Of a stretch of 59,465 nucleotides of DNA, positions 56,992-59,465 are shown piece by piece. This DNA is from Clostridia bacterium (GTDB taxonomy: Bacteria; Bacillota; Clostridia; Oscillospirales; CAG-272): positions 1-59,465 of the forward strand of contig JAFQDC010000093.1 in assembly GCA_017416205.1 (NCBI GenBank), read 5' to 3'. Made by a program: the position numbers and the translations under genes. The first letter of the stretch is position 1; every line of letters starts with the position of its first letter. The notes under the pieces were generated by a model. The model ran no database searches, was not told where the DNA came from, and saw nothing but the letters and a program-made list of their open reading frames with translations.

Positions 56992-57282
56992 ATGGAACTG
57001 ATTTTAGAGATTATTCTGGCGTTCTTTACGACCAACATAATGTTTGCTATGTTTTCGATATTCTACGTGGCACCCTTATCAACAGTCGTATTTGCCGTTA
57101 TCAATCTTGCAAAATTTACAAGCGCAAAGAAAAAATACGATTCCTCCACCGAGCCCTCTGTGGCGGAGGAATATAAAAAAAGAAGGCTGTATTTCATCAT
57201 CTCGCTCATTATTGCCATCATTATGATGATCTTATATTTCGTGATGATCACAAAATATTCCTCTGAAATAACGTTTATGTAA
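56992..57282 (+). CDS. small membrane protein
   Basis: Hydrophobic-charged-hydrophobic layout, AAGGA RBS. Confidence 0.62.
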   Translation: MELILEIILAFFTTNIMFAMFSIFYVAPLSTVVFAVINLAKFTSAKKKYDSSTEPSVAEEYKKRRLYFIISLIIAIIMMILYFVMITKYSSEITFM

Positions 57283-57295
57283 GGAGTGATCAATT

Positions 57296-57565
57296 TTGGT
57301 TTCCGTTATCTATGTGATTCTTATGATCCTGTTCGGTGGGGTGTTTATCCTTGCCCCCGCGGCGGCTCTTGCTTTCTTTATAGTAAGCCTTGTTCTGTTC
57401 ATTAAATCAAAAATCCAGCAGAAGCGCCTGCACGACAGCTATAACGAGAAAAAGGCAAAAAACCGCCTTGTTATGCTCATAGTTTCCTCATGTCTGCTGG
57501 CGGTTTCACTACTTGCAATATTTGCCATTCTTCTTGGGTTTTATAATGCAATTGCTTATATGTAA
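57296..57565 (+). CDS. small membrane protein, apparent paralogue of 56992..57282
   Basis: Same layout and IxxM* ending; AAGGAG RBS. Confidence 0.62.
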   Translation: MVSVIYVILMILFGGVFILAPAAALAFFIVSLVLFIKSKIQQKRLHDSYNEKKAKNRLVMLIVSSCLLAVSLLAIFAILLGFYNAIAYM

Positions 57566-57571
57566 AATACT

Positions 57572-57712
57572 ATGAAAGAAAAAACCTTTGGTATTATTAT
57601 AGTAGCAGTCCTTGCCATCTGCCTTGCTGCCACGATCGCTCACGTAGCGTGGGCCGCTTACGCATACGACCATTGCTCCATCATTTATTTCATTTCAAAG
57701 GAGCTGTGGTAA
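57572..57712 (+). CDS. 46-aa single-pass membrane peptide (not in the ORF track)
   Basis: MKEKTFGIIIVAVLAICLAATIAHVAWAAYAYDHCSIIYFISKELW*; fills the gap and carries the RBS of the next gene. Confidence 0.55.
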   Translation: MKEKTFGIIIVAVLAICLAATIAHVAWAAYAYDHCSIIYFISKELW

Positions 57713-57713
57713 T

Positions 57714-58706
57714 ATGAAAAAACTGATAAAACAGATTTGTATGATCACGGCAGTGGTGTTAGTGTTCGCGCTTTTTAATTGCAGCATCTATTTTCTTATG
57801 ACCCGCAGGCTCTCCAATAATTTCAGCGGAGCAGATCGGGCGCAGATGATCGACGTGGGCTCGTATCTTCCCTTCGAGAAGAGCTCCGACCTGCCCGATA
57901 TCAAAACGGATTTTAAATTGGAGGGAGATCTCCCCGTTCTTGACGGTGCGGCGGCTCTCGTTCCCGTTTACGCCGCGGTTATCGACACGGTTTATCCAAA
58001 AGGGTGCGTTACCTACGAGGGCGGCGCCTTCTCTGACGATAACTATTACGGGGAAAATTTTGCCTCCGACAGCAAAATGCAGTACAGAAACACCGTTCGC
58101 GGCTACACGGCCGTTGTGGACGGTGACTGCGATATTCTTTTCTGCGCGTCTCCCTCAGAGGAGCAAAAGGAATACGCCAAGGAAAAGGGTGTTGAGCTTG
58201 TGTACGTTCCCGTGGGACTTGAGGGATTCGTATTCTTCGTCAACAAAAACAATCCCGTTGACAGCCTCACCACAGACGAGGTGCGCGATATCTACGGCGG
58301 CGACATAACAAACTGGCAGTCCGTCGGCGGTCCGTTCCGCCCCATAAACCCCGTTACCCGCCTTGAGGGAAGCGGAAGTCAGTCTGCCATGAACGCTTTT
58401 ATGGGAGAGAGGGAGATCGCAAGAAAATCCCCCCTTGCAATTGTTGGCGGCGCTATCGGCTTCTCATTTCGCTATTATATGGACGGAATCGTTGAAAACT
58501 CTGACGTTAAGATGCTTTCCTTGAACGGAGTATACCCAAGCGCCGAAAATATCAGGAACGGCACCTATCCCATAATTGCAAAATTCTATGCCATCTACCG
58601 CGCAGACAACGAAAATGAGAATATCCCCCGTCTTATAGATTGGATCCTCTCCGATGAAGGTCAGACACTTATCGAAGAAACGGGATATGTGAGAATAGCA
58701 GATTAA
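57714..58706 (+). CDS. PstS-like phosphate-binding-fold protein with N-terminal anchor
   Basis: LDGAAALVP, DILF, EGFVFFVNKNNPVDSLT..VRDIY.G.ITNW..VGG, R..GSGSQ, WILSDEGQ.LIEETGY. Confidence 0.82.
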   Translation: MKKLIKQICMITAVVLVFALFNCSIYFLMTRRLSNNFSGADRAQMIDVGSYLPFEKSSDLPDIKTDFKLEGDLPVLDGAAALVPVYAAVIDTVYPKGCVTYEGGAFSDDNYYGENFASDSKMQYRNTVRGYTAVVDGDCDILFCASPSEEQKEYAKEKGVELVYVPVGLEGFVFFVNKNNPVDSLTTDEVRDIYGGDITNWQSVGGPFRPINPVTRLEGSGSQSAMNAFMGEREIARKSPLAIVGGAIGFSFRYYMDGIVENSDVKMLSLNGVYPSAENIRNGTYPIIAKFYAIYRADNENENIPRLIDWILSDEGQTLIEETGYVRIAD

Positions 58707-58709
58707 CAA

Positions 58710-58742
58710 CAAAAACGGCTATCGAGAAGTTTCGATAGCCGT
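58710..58742. terminator. hairpin terminator, copy 1 of a duplicated pair
   Basis: ACGGCTATCGA-gaagtt-TCGATAGCCGT between convergent genes. Confidence 0.75.
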
Positions 58743-58746
58743 CTCT

Positions 58747-58989
58747 TTATTCGATTCCGAGAAGAAAGTTTACGGAAACTCCAAGAATTTCAGAAAGAAT
58801 ACGAAGCTCAAAATCAGCAACAAAGCGTGTTCCGATCTCAATTCTTGAGATGCTGTCTCGCTCAATGTTTATTCCCTTTACCTGTAGCTTTGCGGCGAGG
58901 TTTTCCTGAGAAAGTCCGAGAGCTTTCCTTGCTGTCCTTACTCTGTCACCGCAGATGTTTTTCTTTCCTTCGTAATCGTATATCTTCAT
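58747..58989 (-). CDS. XRE-family HTH transcriptional regulator
   Basis: NICGDRVRTARKALGLSQENLAAKLQ...ISRIEIGTR.V.D.EL..LS.IL.VSV..LL. Confidence 0.9.
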   Translation of the reverse strand: MKIYDYEGKKNICGDRVRTARKALGLSQENLAAKLQVKGINIERDSISRIEIGTRFVADFELRILSEILGVSVNFLLGIE

Positions 58990-59000
58990 ATGCCCCTCAT

Positions 59001-59064
59001 AAATGTGTTAATGTTCGGAATTTTCTTGACTTTAACACATTTTCTCTGTATAATTGTGTTAAAG
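59001..59064. promoter_or_regulatory. divergent control region with TGTGTTAA operator repeats
   Basis: TTGACT-17-TATAAT (59026-59054); TGTGTTAA at 59004 and 59055, inverted TTAACACA at 59032. Confidence 0.65.
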
Positions 59065-59103
59065 ATAAGAATATGAGATATTCAGAGAGTGAAGGATAGA
59101 TTT

Positions 59104-59268
59104 ATGTGTAAAATTGGTATAATCAAAGAGATTGATAAGCTGGGAAGGATAGTTATTCCCAAAGAATTACGATCACGCTATGGTCTTTCAGACAAGGTTG
59201 AGATCGTTGCCACGAAAGACGGGATTTTATTAAAAAGTCAGGAATTTGAACTAAGCAAAATCAAATAA
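59104..59268 (+). CDS. AbrB/MazE/SpoVT-family DNA-binding protein, 54 aa (not in the ORF track)
   Basis: MCKIGIIKEIDKLGRIVIPKELRSRYGLSDKVEI...; GAAGGA RBS. Confidence 0.88.
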   Translation: MCKIGIIKEIDKLGRIVIPKELRSRYGLSDKVEIVATKDGILLKSQEFELSKIK

Positions 59269-59302
59269 CAAAACGGCTATCGATAAGTTCGATAGCCGTT
59301 TT
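59269..59302 (+). terminator. hairpin terminator, copy 2 of the duplicated pair
   Basis: AAAACGGCTATCGA-taagt-TCGATAGCCGTTTT. Confidence 0.75.
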
Positions 59303-59311
59303 AGTTTTTTT

Positions 59312-59465
59312 AAGTTTTTTGGAGTGCAGAACCTTTTTTTCAAAATAGGTTTTGCGTTTTATGAGAGTTGTTTATTATCGGGGGCCTTCCCCCCGTACCC
59401 CCGCAATACGGCAAAGGTGTTTCGTCCCTTGCGAGGGACGATTCAGGGCGCTGCCCTAAAAACCC
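59312..59465. repeat. cluster of REP-like palindromes at the window end
   Basis: Family 2 inverted unit at 59312-59355, then CGGGGG..CCCCCG, CGTCCCT..AGGGACG and AGGGC..GCCCT hairpins. Confidence 0.6.

Noticed and set aside
49042-58706. Classical integron or CRISPR array
   Set aside because: No integrase, no attC-like unit at every junction, no regularly spaced repeat-spacer units
47958-59465. Genomic island integrated at tRNA-Ser
   Set aside because: The variable region lies on the tRNA 5' side; no duplicated 3' end or integrase seen

Overview
Chromosomal region of a spore-forming Clostridia-type (Bacillota) bacterium. It opens at the promoter/leader of an rRNA operon transcribed off the left edge, followed by a SASP gene and a small AT-rich islet abutting the 3' end of rpsI. 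Most of the window is housekeeping: rplM-rpsI, metY-metA-ireB-ribF-dacA, citrate synthase, a NagD-like HAD, a G5/3D protein, ygiQ-like radical SAM, rnmV, holA, pduL, pgeF, a type IIA topoisomerase B subunit with no adjacent A subunit, an MBOAT/DHHW O-acylation pair, queG-like-addB-addA and tRNA-Ser(GGA). Accessory content: (i) three secreted proteins sharing a dockerin-like pair of Ca-loops plus a GH20-domain-2-like module, one fused to an alkaline phosphatase and two to DUF4838-like bodies beside a GH20, ThuA and AraC; (ii) a ~9.6 kb co-oriented array of variable membrane proteins and lipoproteins behind a YtrA-type GntR/ABC operon, with a 59-nt identical signal-peptide sequence on two diverged genes, a probable gene fusion, a nonsense-broken paralogue and REP-derived junction fragments; (iii) at least three families of dispersed intergenic repeats, including a heptamer-array + 9-nt spacer + covarying hairpin element in four copies. 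No CRISPR array, integrase, transposase or reverse transcriptase was recognised. All product calls are from reading motifs by eye; no database search was run.
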